In this document: one piece after another, positions 51,952 to 59,953 of the stretch
Layout: each line of letters opens with the position of its first letter
Numbering within the stretch: the stretch's first letter is position 1
From: Candidatus Magasanikbacteria bacterium RIFCSPHIGHO2_01_FULL_33_34
GTDB lineage: Bacteria > Patescibacteriota > Patescibacteriia > Magasanikbacterales > UBA922
Assembly (NCBI GenBank): GCA_001782825.1
Contig: MFPS01000007.1
Coordinates: 84,487-148,486 of the forward strand
DNA length: 64,000 nt
Direction of reading: 5' to 3'
Notes under the pieces: generated by a model
What the model was told of the DNA's origin: nothing
The model's database searches: none
The model's input: the letters and a program-made list of their open reading frames with translations, nothing else
Made by a program: the position numbers and the translations under genes

Positions 51952-52614
51952 CTATTGTGTAGTAGCTGAGTCTGGGTAAAGTTGATTAATTTTATTCTGT
52001 ACTTCTTGAGATTTTTCTGGATTATTACGATTATAAAATAATAATAATCTATTCAAAATATCAAAATTATTATTGGTTGTCGCCAAACCATTTAAATATG
52101 TTTGTTCTGCAGATGCCATATCTTGTAATTGAAATTCTTCAACCAAAGCAAGAGAAATATATAAGTCTGGATCTCCTGGAGATAACTCTATAGCCAATCT
52201 ATAATATTCTTTAGCAGATTTATAATCTTTTAGATTATTTTTATAAACTTCAGCAATATTTCTATAACCCAAAATATTATTATTCTGTAATATTATTGAT
52301 TGCCTAAAAGCCTCTACCGCCCCCTCATAATCTTCTAAAACAGTTTTAAGATTGCCAATAGCAATCCAAGTCTCCCAAATATCTGGACTCTCCAGATACA
52401 TTGCTTTAGTCTCATCAATTTTTACTTGTATTACCGCTCTGGTTGCCTCATCTTTTCCTTCTGGTATAGAAATATTCTCAAACGGATCAATCACTTTGTC
52501 AACCATTGCGCTATTATCTGTAATTTTTGCTTCTTTGTTATAAATATAATATCCAACCGCACCAATTAAAATGGCAATTATTATTATATATAATAGTATT
52601 TTTTTATTTTTCAT
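51952..52614 (-). CDS. Membrane-anchored TPR protein
   Basis: N-terminal TM; TPR patterns WIAIGNL...DYEGAVEAFRQSI, YRNIAEVY...AKEYYRLAIELSP. Confidence 0.8.
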   Translation of the reverse strand: MKNKKILLYIIIIAILIGAVGYYIYNKEAKITDNSAMVDKVIDPFENISIPEGKDEATRAVIQVKIDETKAMYLESPDIWETWIAIGNLKTVLEDYEGAVEAFRQSIILQNNNILGYRNIAEVYKNNLKDYKSAKEYYRLAIELSPGDPDLYISLALVEEFQLQDMASAEQTYLNGLATTNNNFDILNRLLLFYNRNNPEKSQEVQNKINQLYPDSATTQ

Positions 52615-52660
52615 AATGTTTATATATTTTAATGTTTATATGTTTATGTATTTCATATTT
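52615..52660. repeat. Degenerate octamer array (ATGTTTNN)n
   Basis: atgtttat atatttta atgtttat atgtttat gtatttc immediately upstream of the TPR gene. Confidence 0.6.
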
Positions 52661-52672
52661 TAACATAAATAC

Positions 52673-52716
52673 AAAAAAAAACAATCCCCTGGCTTGCGCC
52701 AGAGGAATTGTTTTTT
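52673..52716 (-). terminator. Rho-independent terminator of the S-layer-like gene
   Basis: Minus strand acaattcctctggc GCAA gccaggggattgt followed by a U-tract. Confidence 0.8.
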
Positions 52717-52759
52717 CGTCCTAACCTTAGGACCACCGATGTATATGCTAACTAATAAA

Positions 52760-55700
52760 TTAGAGAGCAACTACAGTAGGTGTGGTTGAAGCTGAGCCTA
52801 AACCAGAAATCAAGAATCCATTTGTCCAGTCATTTGTAGTCGTAGCATGTGCGCTAAGATGTCTATCTGACCAGATAAAGTCATCATGTGTTTCACCGTC
52901 AACATTAGTTGCTTTTTCCATCAACAATGCAGGTGTACCACCTTCAGCAACAGAAGCGTCGCCACCCAATCTAGTGGAAACTGAAGCGCCTGATGCAGCA
53001 CCAGTTACAGTACCACGAAGAACATAAGTTCTAGGTGTACCTAGAGCAACTGTTCTAGCTTCACCACCTTGACCTGTACCACTTGAATCTGTATCAAATA
53101 GAGCTTCAAAGTATCCATTTGCATAAGCTGTTGTTGCAGAACTATACAATGACACTTCTGTCTCATCTGTTACATCTAATACTTCAACATTAGTTACAGT
53201 TGCAGTTGTAGTTGTCATATCAAATACAAATTTGTATAGATCAATATCGCTAGTATTAGCGGTTACTTTGAATTTATACAAATCAACTGAACCGTTAGAC
53301 AATGTTCCACCGACTGTAAGTTTTGTTACAGTTGGAACACCTCTATACATGTAGTTAGTATTTCCAGTTGGAGCAGTTGTACCAAGATACTCTACCGCAC
53401 CGCTTCCAGTTTGAGCACCTTTAGCAGTCATATCTCCAGCAGCAGTAATCTTGAAACCAAGTCTATGTCCGCCAACTGTTACATTTTGTGATGAACCAAT
53501 ATTACTCAAATTAGCTTTCAAGTACATTTTTTGTCCATCAACATCATCTTTGTTAACTACAAAGGCACCTGAGCTGAATTCTATTACTGGAGTAGTTGAA
53601 GTTGGAACAACTGAACCAACGACTACACCAGCTTCATTTTCAAGATACAACAAGTTGTAATCTAGGTAAGATGAAGATGCAGTGGCTGTAACGACTTGAG
53701 TGAATTTAACTCTCTCCATTTCTACATTTTCTGTAGTAGTAGCCAAGAAGTTAAATACAGCAAGAGTTGCGCCTTGAGTACCAGCAGCAAATAATTTTGC
53801 AGTTGGGTTTGAACTGTCAAGAGATGCTTGAACAACACCACCAGCAGTTCCCACTGTCATTGAATTTCCAGAAGCAGTATCAATTGATTCAGTTACAGTG
53901 TTGTTTGTACTAACACCAATAGCTGTTACAAAGTTTGATGTACTTACAGCCATATTGTGAGTTCCAGCTGTAGCGCCACCTGAGATGTCACCACGAACTT
54001 CTACTACCAATGATTTGCCTTTAGCAACTGTAAATTGGTCAGCACTGGAAAGATTGAAGGTATAATCTTCAGATCCACCGGTTGTACCTGTACCAGCGTT
54101 TACAACTGATAATTGTTCAAGTGTACCACTACTATTGAATGAATCACCATCTTTGTCTACCCATAGAGTAACATTTTGAATGTGATTAGTTGCAACATTA
54201 GCTGCATGTCTAACTTTGAACTGAGTAACTTTCAACGCTTCAGAAGATCCGGTAGCATCTAATTGTACTTTAGCAAAGGTTATACCACTTGTTCCAGGAG
54301 CAAATGTTTGTGCTGCAGGAGTAGATAATGTGGTTATACGCAATGCTGCTGTAGTAATAGTTCTTGCATTAGCTGCCACAGTACCTGAACCTGGATATAC
54401 TTCCTGTGTACTACCAGAAAGTTCATAGTCATCCCCACTATCAACACCTTTAGCAACAAAATTGTCAGCTTTTTGGTCAATAGCTACAGTAATAATATCA
54501 CCATTTGCTGGTGTTGAATCAATATTACCTTTCAAAGTAAGAATATTGTCTCCGACTGGAAGAGTCATTGTGTCAGTTGAAGTAGCATATCCTGGACTGG
54601 CAGCGCCAACTCCATCTACTCCACTTATCAATGCTTTGCCAGCTGAATCATACAATGTCAAAGCATCAAAAGCGGTTGGTACTGCTGTACCGGTACCGGT
54701 AACAGTAAGCTTGAACACTATAGTTGAAACATCAACTGCTTCACCAGTAACTCTGAAATTCCATGAACCAAGTTCTACACCATTGGCCGCTTCTGGCACA
54801 TTACCAGCTGGGACATTGTTTACTTTTGTAATATTCAATGTTCCAGGACCAACCTGAACAATGTTTGACATATCTGAAGCACTGTTTGTAGGCAATCTGT
54901 AAACATTGGTATTTAGTTCTCTAACAAGAACATGTGATGCTCTTTTAACATCCAAGTCCATGTTACGGGTTGTACCGTTAAGTACATCACCATAAACTCC
55001 ATACTGTTTGTTATTACCTTTTACTATTTTACAATCATCACCACAGCTTGTCAGATCAAAGCTAACGTATTTTCCATCCCATACACCATCAGCAATTTTA
55101 TTGCTATTGTATGTAAGGTGAATATTAGCAAAATCAGAAGCTGAAGCTGTACCTCTGTTATAAAGAGTAATTCTCTCTACTCTTCCATCTTGAGTAGCAG
55201 TAGAGATTTGTAAGTTAGCAAGATTTACTCCTGTTTCACCGACTCTCTTTGTTACTGTTCCAACTGAAGCGCCCTGAGTTACAGTGGAAGTTCCCAAAGT
55301 AATACTAGCATTCAAGCTAACTGGATTTCCATGTAATGGAAGAGAACCGACTACTGTTGAGGCTGTCTCAACTGAGTAAACCGCCAATGTTGGCACGTTA
55401 CCACCTGTTACAGTACCCATATCGCCAACAAGAGTATATGTTTTTGTTACTCCTGATGGGATTGTTAGATCTTCAGAAAAAGATACTAAGTGATCAGAGT
55501 TAAGTGTTTTACCAGCTTCATTCAATAAATTTCCATCTGGTTTAACAACATTAATTGTACTAAAATCACCATCAACTCCTACTCCACCACGAAGCACTTT
55601 CAATGTTTTGATTACTACATCACCGCCTGTGGCTGTGAAGTTAACCTTTGTGAAAGCTAAACGTGATTGATTGGAATAACCATAAGTTCCAGATGGAGTG

Positions 55701-56515
55701 TCAGAAGCCAAAGCTACTGTCAAAGTTCCAACTGTTCCAGTACCTGTTCCTGTTCCTGTTCCAGTACCAGTTCCTGTTCCAACTCCGCCTGCTCCTTGTG
55801 TAGGATCAGCGTAAAGACTAGCAGATGTTACACTACCAGAACCTTCAGATACAGAATCTAATACAGCTTGTGATACAACTTGTACGTCAGCCATATTGCG
55901 AACAGAACCGTCAACCATATAACGCATACCATCCATTACCTTATAAGTAGTACCGCCAGCAACTTTTACTAGCATACCATTATGAGGTACGGCTTCTGTA
56001 AGCTCAGCACCAGAAGTTGAGTAGTTTGGCCAGAAAACATCAGCGATGTCTACTACCTTACTAGCCCAGTTACTTCCATATAGAGCTGAAGCTACAGCTT
56101 CGCTACCAACTTTGGCAAGAACATTGCCAGGTTGAACAGCGTATACACTTGGTGAGATTTGAACCTTAACTAACATTGAGCCAGGTCTGTAGTTAACACC
56201 AAATGGGGCACTTGATGGTGCAGGGTATGCATCCACACAAGTGGTTGGGATTTCAACAACCCCAGAAAAATCACTGAACCATGTTTTGTACACAGTTGAG
56301 TGTGGGAAATACAAACGTTCCATGTTGCCATTTAGCAAGTACACTGCACTATTACCAGGCACCTTGAAAAGGTCTCCAGCTTCTAGTGTAGGACAAGCTG
56401 CTTGTGCATTTGCAACCACTGGTACAAGAGCAGCAACGCCCATGCTCCAAAGGATTGTAAGCACAACTACTGACCATGTAAATGTTTTCTTTCCTAATCT
56501 TATTACATTCGTCAT
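52760..56515 (-). CDS. Large secreted S-layer-like surface protein
   Basis: Signal peptide, three N-terminal repeats, (GT)n linker, Thr/Gly/Val-rich beta-sandwich-like domains, long structured leader and strong terminator. Confidence 0.7.
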   Translation of the reverse strand: MTNVIRLGKKTFTWSVVVLTILWSMGVAALVPVVANAQAACPTLEAGDLFKVPGNSAVYLLNGNMERLYFPHSTVYKTWFSDFSGVVEIPTTCVDAYPAPSSAPFGVNYRPGSMLVKVQISPSVYAVQPGNVLAKVGSEAVASALYGSNWASKVVDIADVFWPNYSTSGAELTEAVPHNGMLVKVAGGTTYKVMDGMRYMVDGSVRNMADVQVVSQAVLDSVSEGSGSVTSASLYADPTQGAGGVGTGTGTGTGTGTGTGTVGTLTVALASDTPSGTYGYSNQSRLAFTKVNFTATGGDVVIKTLKVLRGGVGVDGDFSTINVVKPDGNLLNEAGKTLNSDHLVSFSEDLTIPSGVTKTYTLVGDMGTVTGGNVPTLAVYSVETASTVVGSLPLHGNPVSLNASITLGTSTVTQGASVGTVTKRVGETGVNLANLQISTATQDGRVERITLYNRGTASASDFANIHLTYNSNKIADGVWDGKYVSFDLTSCGDDCKIVKGNNKQYGVYGDVLNGTTRNMDLDVKRASHVLVRELNTNVYRLPTNSASDMSNIVQVGPGTLNITKVNNVPAGNVPEAANGVELGSWNFRVTGEAVDVSTIVFKLTVTGTGTAVPTAFDALTLYDSAGKALISGVDGVGAASPGYATSTDTMTLPVGDNILTLKGNIDSTPANGDIITVAIDQKADNFVAKGVDSGDDYELSGSTQEVYPGSGTVAANARTITTAALRITTLSTPAAQTFAPGTSGITFAKVQLDATGSSEALKVTQFKVRHAANVATNHIQNVTLWVDKDGDSFNSSGTLEQLSVVNAGTGTTGGSEDYTFNLSSADQFTVAKGKSLVVEVRGDISGGATAGTHNMAVSTSNFVTAIGVSTNNTVTESIDTASGNSMTVGTAGGVVQASLDSSNPTAKLFAAGTQGATLAVFNFLATTTENVEMERVKFTQVVTATASSSYLDYNLLYLENEAGVVVGSVVPTSTTPVIEFSSGAFVVNKDDVDGQKMYLKANLSNIGSSQNVTVGGHRLGFKITAAGDMTAKGAQTGSGAVEYLGTTAPTGNTNYMYRGVPTVTKLTVGGTLSNGSVDLYKFKVTANTSDIDLYKFVFDMTTTTATVTNVEVLDVTDETEVSLYSSATTAYANGYFEALFDTDSSGTGQGGEARTVALGTPRTYVLRGTVTGAASGASVSTRLGGDASVAEGGTPALLMEKATNVDGETHDDFIWSDRHLSAHATTTNDWTNGFLISGLGSASTTPTVVAL

Positions 56516-56519
56516 AAAT

Positions 56520-56746
56520 TATTTATTCGCCTTATCCAGAACGCAAGCTTACCTTAAAGGTAGCCGTCTCCAGACTAAGACATATTTTTACAGAGCACAT
56601 AATGACCCTATATTGGACCTCGACCTTTGTTATATGCGATTTATACGGTTTGCCCTCCTTGACAAATGCCAAGGATCACATACTGTATGGCACAAGTTTG
56701 TCCATAATTTTGAACAAACCTAGCTATACAGTCCCCGTATACACCG
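56520..56746 (-). ncRNA. Structured 5' leader of the S-layer-like gene
   Basis: Multi-stem fold whose irregular pairs are G-U only on the minus strand (details in findings). Confidence 0.45.
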
Positions 56747-56809
56747 AATTAAATTAAAATTTAATTAGTTAATTAATTGATTCTCATCAGCCTGATTAGT
56801 CTTTTTTAT

Positions 56810-58195
56810 TTATTCAACTATTTTTACTGCTTCTGTACTACTGACTTTTACTGTTTCAATATTATTAATCTTGCTCGCATCAATCGCTTCTTGGACTACT
56901 AGATCTTTGGCATCTTGTACAACCACTTTTTCAACTATATTAACGGCAATGGATGCCTCATCTACTACAACTTTTGTTTCCGTCTTTATCGTATCAAGTT
57001 CAATTATTTTCTGTAATGCTGCGGTAAAATTATCCTGTTCAATCAATATCTTTACATCAGCTTTAGTTGTCTCGGCTATTTTATTTGCTTCACCAATCTT
57101 TTGTTCTGCTACCACGACTTTTTGTTCAGCATCAACTACTTTTTTCTCGGTCTCCACAGCTTTAATCACTATGTCTTGAGTACTACTGGTTGTAGACTGT
57201 TTACTATTCATTTCAGTACTACTAGCTGTCTCACCAACTGCACCTTCTATACCAATAATATTTTTTGTGGTTGTAGTTGTCTTTATAATAGCAATGGTAC
57301 TACTAGCCTTCTCACTGGTTTCAACTACTGTTACATCTAGTTTTAATACTCCTTCTGTCAATTTGTCCAATCTGCGATTGATCGTATCAGTTACTTCTTT
57401 TTTTGTGATAACACTTTCTTTGACGTCCTCTTTGTTAACATTCTCTACTAGAACACCGACTGCTTTGATACCAGCATTTTGTATCAAAGCTTCTACTTCA
57501 ACCACATCTTTTTTAAGTTGTACTTTGGTTACCTCTGGAGCTATATCCTTAAGCTCAATAGTTCTTTCTTTTTCTTTTGGCTCTGTCAATGAATCTAATA
57601 TCTCACTTGTCTTTTTCTCAACTACTTTGGCAACCGCTACAACTTTCTCCGGAGACTTACCATTAACCTTGTCCATACTATCCTGAGTTGATTCAATTTT
57701 TTCCTTCAAAGATTTGATGGCTACAGTTGCTTGTTCGGTTGATTCTGATCTTTGATATTCATCAACTCTTGAAGAAGCGTGCTTCAATATAGTAGTTACT
57801 TCATCTTCATCTGATCCAATCACAGATGCCACCAAAAGTTCTGTTGATTCGGCTGCCATCTTGACTCCATACAATGCCTCGCCTGGCAAACTATCATATG
57901 ACGCGCTTACACTAGCAATCCAACCACTCACAGCTACCGCTCCTACCAATAATATAGTGAGACTTGATCTGGCCATTGATAATACTCTACCAGAAACAAA
58001 TACATGCAAACCTTCACTAATAGTATCAAACACACTTGTCTTTACCATCTCTTCATTCACTTCAGTATTTGTTATATTACATTTGATATCTTCAATCAGC
58101 TTGACACGAGTTTGCGCAACCCAAGAGCGGTCTGGATTTAACCGACCGTTTTCATTTTTTATATTCTTGAGTTGTTTTACAAGCTTTCGGCTCAT
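56810..58195 (-). CDS. Putative anti-sigma factor (DUF5667-like domain, single TM, coiled-coil tail)
   Basis: TM followed by SASYDSLPGEALYGVKMAAES; directly downstream of the ECF sigma gene. Confidence 0.7.
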   Translation of the reverse strand: MSRKLVKQLKNIKNENGRLNPDRSWVAQTRVKLIEDIKCNITNTEVNEEMVKTSVFDTISEGLHVFVSGRVLSMARSSLTILLVGAVAVSGWIASVSASYDSLPGEALYGVKMAAESTELLVASVIGSDEDEVTTILKHASSRVDEYQRSESTEQATVAIKSLKEKIESTQDSMDKVNGKSPEKVVAVAKVVEKKTSEILDSLTEPKEKERTIELKDIAPEVTKVQLKKDVVEVEALIQNAGIKAVGVLVENVNKEDVKESVITKKEVTDTINRRLDKLTEGVLKLDVTVVETSEKASSTIAIIKTTTTTKNIIGIEGAVGETASSTEMNSKQSTTSSTQDIVIKAVETEKKVVDAEQKVVVAEQKIGEANKIAETTKADVKILIEQDNFTAALQKIIELDTIKTETKVVVDEASIAVNIVEKVVVQDAKDLVVQEAIDASKINNIETVKVSSTEAVKIVE

Positions 58196-58204
58196 AATAT
58201 AATA

Positions 58205-58768
58205 TTATTTTTTCTTTGGGCTTTTAGGCTCAACAAATTCTTTTAATTTTTTGGTAGCGCGATAGATTATTATTCGTACATTTGTTGCGCTGATATCCAA
58301 TATGCCTGCAATATCTTTGGTTGACAAACCTTCTATATATCTCAAATGTATTACTTCCTGATACTCATGTTTTAATTTTTTTATAGATTTTATCAAATCT
58401 TGCTGTTCTTCTTTTACTTCAATATCTATTCGCAAATCATTACCAACCAATGTCTCAGTCGCCACATCAATCAAACACTCATTCTTTCTGGCGCGCTCAC
58501 GATACACATCAATTATTCTATTTCTAGCAATTCTATAAACCAATTGTCTAAAACTGGTAATATCTCTCGGTTTCTCAATCAAATAATCCCAAGTTTTTAA
58601 AAAGACTTCAGAAGATATATCTTCAGCATCCTCACGATTGGATAATTTAAAAAAAACAAACCTATAAATCGGTTGAATATAAAAATCATACAATTTAGCA
58701 AATGCTTCTGTATCTCTCTTGCTGATCACTTTGTAAACTAATAATTTCTCTTCTATATGAGTCTTCAT
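58205..58768 (-). CDS. ECF (sigma-70 group 4) RNA polymerase sigma factor
   Basis: AFAKLYD.Y...IYRFV, DAEDISSEVFLKTW, YRIARNRIIDVYR, LRYIEGLSTKDIA..L; start set at ATG 58768 because the ORF-track extension runs through repeat DNA. Confidence 0.92.
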   Translation of the reverse strand: MKTHIEEKLLVYKVISKRDTEAFAKLYDFYIQPIYRFVFFKLSNREDAEDISSEVFLKTWDYLIEKPRDITSFRQLVYRIARNRIIDVYRERARKNECLIDVATETLVGNDLRIDIEVKEEQQDLIKSIKKLKHEYQEVIHLRYIEGLSTKDIAGILDISATNVRIIIYRATKKLKEFVEPKSPKKK

Positions 58769-58773
58769 ATATA

Positions 58774-58801
58774 TAGACGGGAAAATGGTTAAAATGTTAC
58801 A
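58774..58801 (-). promoter_or_regulatory. ECF-type autoregulatory promoter, probably leaderless transcript
   Basis: Minus strand TGTAAC-16 nt-CGTCTA ending 5 nt before the ATG. Confidence 0.65.
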
Positions 58802-58807
58802 CTCTAT

Positions 58808-58921
58808 GGCATTTAAACATGTAAGCATATAAACATTTAAACATATGGTGATTTCATCAATATGTTTCAACCCACATGTTTAAATGTTTGTATGTTTTAA
58901 TGTTTATATGTTTTAAATGCC
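58808..58921. repeat. Inverted pair of octamer arrays (NNAARCAT)n / (ATGTTTNN)n
   Basis: ggcat ttaaacat gtaagcat ataaacat ttaaacat ... atgtttaa atgtttgt atgtttta atgtttat atgttttaa atgcc. Confidence 0.8.
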
Positions 58922-59241
58922 AAAAAAAATCGGAAATCCCGAAAGTGTACAGATACGAGTATACTATATATATGGTAAAGAAGCAAGTGGAAAGAGTTAA
59001 TTGTGCCATGTTTAATACACACTATCATTACCCCGCAACAGGCGGGAATCTATTAATTTACTCTCTATAAGCTATATTTCCGCCTATGTGAGAAAGACAA
59101 ATTATGTCTTGAAGAAATCGGCATAAATTATATTTATAAGTAAAAATAACCAAAAAAGCAATACTATTCAACAAAACCTCAAAATACACTAAAAAGTTAT
59201 TTGCAAATAAATTTTTACTGATTACACTAGCTAATATAGCT

Positions 59242-59438
59242 ATATTTGTATAGACTATTGTATACAAATATGATTTTATATTATTTTTCAATCGCTTAAA
59301 TTAGCTATTTATTAATATTTTGTATAGACTAGTCTATACAAAATATTAATAAAAACACCTAAATAACCAAAAAATCTACAAACAAGTATTGACAAAAACC
59401 TCATTATATGCTATAATTGTATATACTATTCTGTACAA
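59242..59438. promoter_or_regulatory. Three palindromic operator-like sites (TTGTATAGACT/AGTCTATACAA consensus)
   Basis: 59242-59271 (2 mismatches), 59308-59353 (perfect 46-bp palindrome), 59417-59438 (degenerate, over the expected start site). Confidence 0.7.
59389..59417 (+). promoter_or_regulatory. Consensus sigma70 promoter for the HTH gene
   Basis: TTGACA-17 nt-TATAAT with TG extension. Confidence 0.8.
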
Positions 59439-59460
59439 AAAGTATAAATATTACTAAATT

Positions 59461-59799
59461 ATGACAGATTTGCCTACAATTGATCAATCCAAAGAAATAG
59501 TAAGAGTGTCAATTTCTGAAGCTGCTCGTTTATTTGGAGTGAATGCCCAGACTATACGTAGGGCAATCCAATCTGGCGAGATTACTTATGTGGTGGTAGC
59601 TGGTAGATACAAGCTAAACTTTGAAAGCCTTGTCAGATGGTCTCAAACCAAAACTACAGTTAAAAACAAATCAGAAAAGTTTGGTATCGGGCAATATGTG
59701 GATAAATGGAAGATAAAGAACACACTCTACTCCCCTAGCACCAAGAGCATAAAAACATCTAAACATAAAAACATAAAAACATCAGAACCGTCAGCCTAA
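59461..59799 (+). CDS. Excisionase/MerR-like helix-turn-helix DNA-binding protein
   Basis: VSISEAARLFGVNAQTIRRAIQSGEI...GRYKL. Confidence 0.8.
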   Translation: MTDLPTIDQSKEIVRVSISEAARLFGVNAQTIRRAIQSGEITYVVVAGRYKLNFESLVRWSQTKTTVKNKSEKFGIGQYVDKWKIKNTLYSPSTKSIKTSKHKNIKTSEPSA

Positions 59800-59813
59800 G
59801 GCTGATGGTTTTT
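59786..59813 (+). terminator. Rho-independent terminator overlapping the HTH stop codon
   Basis: aaccgtcagcc taa ggctgatggtt ttt. Confidence 0.7.
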
Positions 59814-59842
59814 GTATTAAAAGTTGCATCATTTTAGAAAAT

Positions 59843-59880
59843 AAAAAAAGACGTCGCGAGGCTGGGAGCCAAGCGACGTC
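59843..59880 (-). terminator. Rho-independent terminator closing the GC-rich cassette
   Basis: Minus strand gacgtcgc...gcgacgtc followed by ttttttt. Confidence 0.7.
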
Positions 59881-59953
59881 GTAGGGGATCTCTGAAGACC
59901 CCGTTAGGATCACCTTCGGTGAGGGTTACTCACCTTGGGTGAATCACACTGCG

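Noticed and set aside
56620-56660. c-di-GMP-I riboswitch suggested by GGGCAAACC in the S-layer leader
   Set aside because: The following GNRA-capped stem and GACGCAAAGC consensus are absent, and these bases pair in another stem
58769-58870. N-terminal extension of the ECF sigma in the ORF track
   Set aside because: Translates repeat and promoter DNA; sigma-like sequence begins at ATG 58768
58876-59291. Small ORFs 58876-59070 (+) and 59058-59291 (-)
   Set aside because: They run through octamer repeats and operator palindromes and show no protein-like motifs
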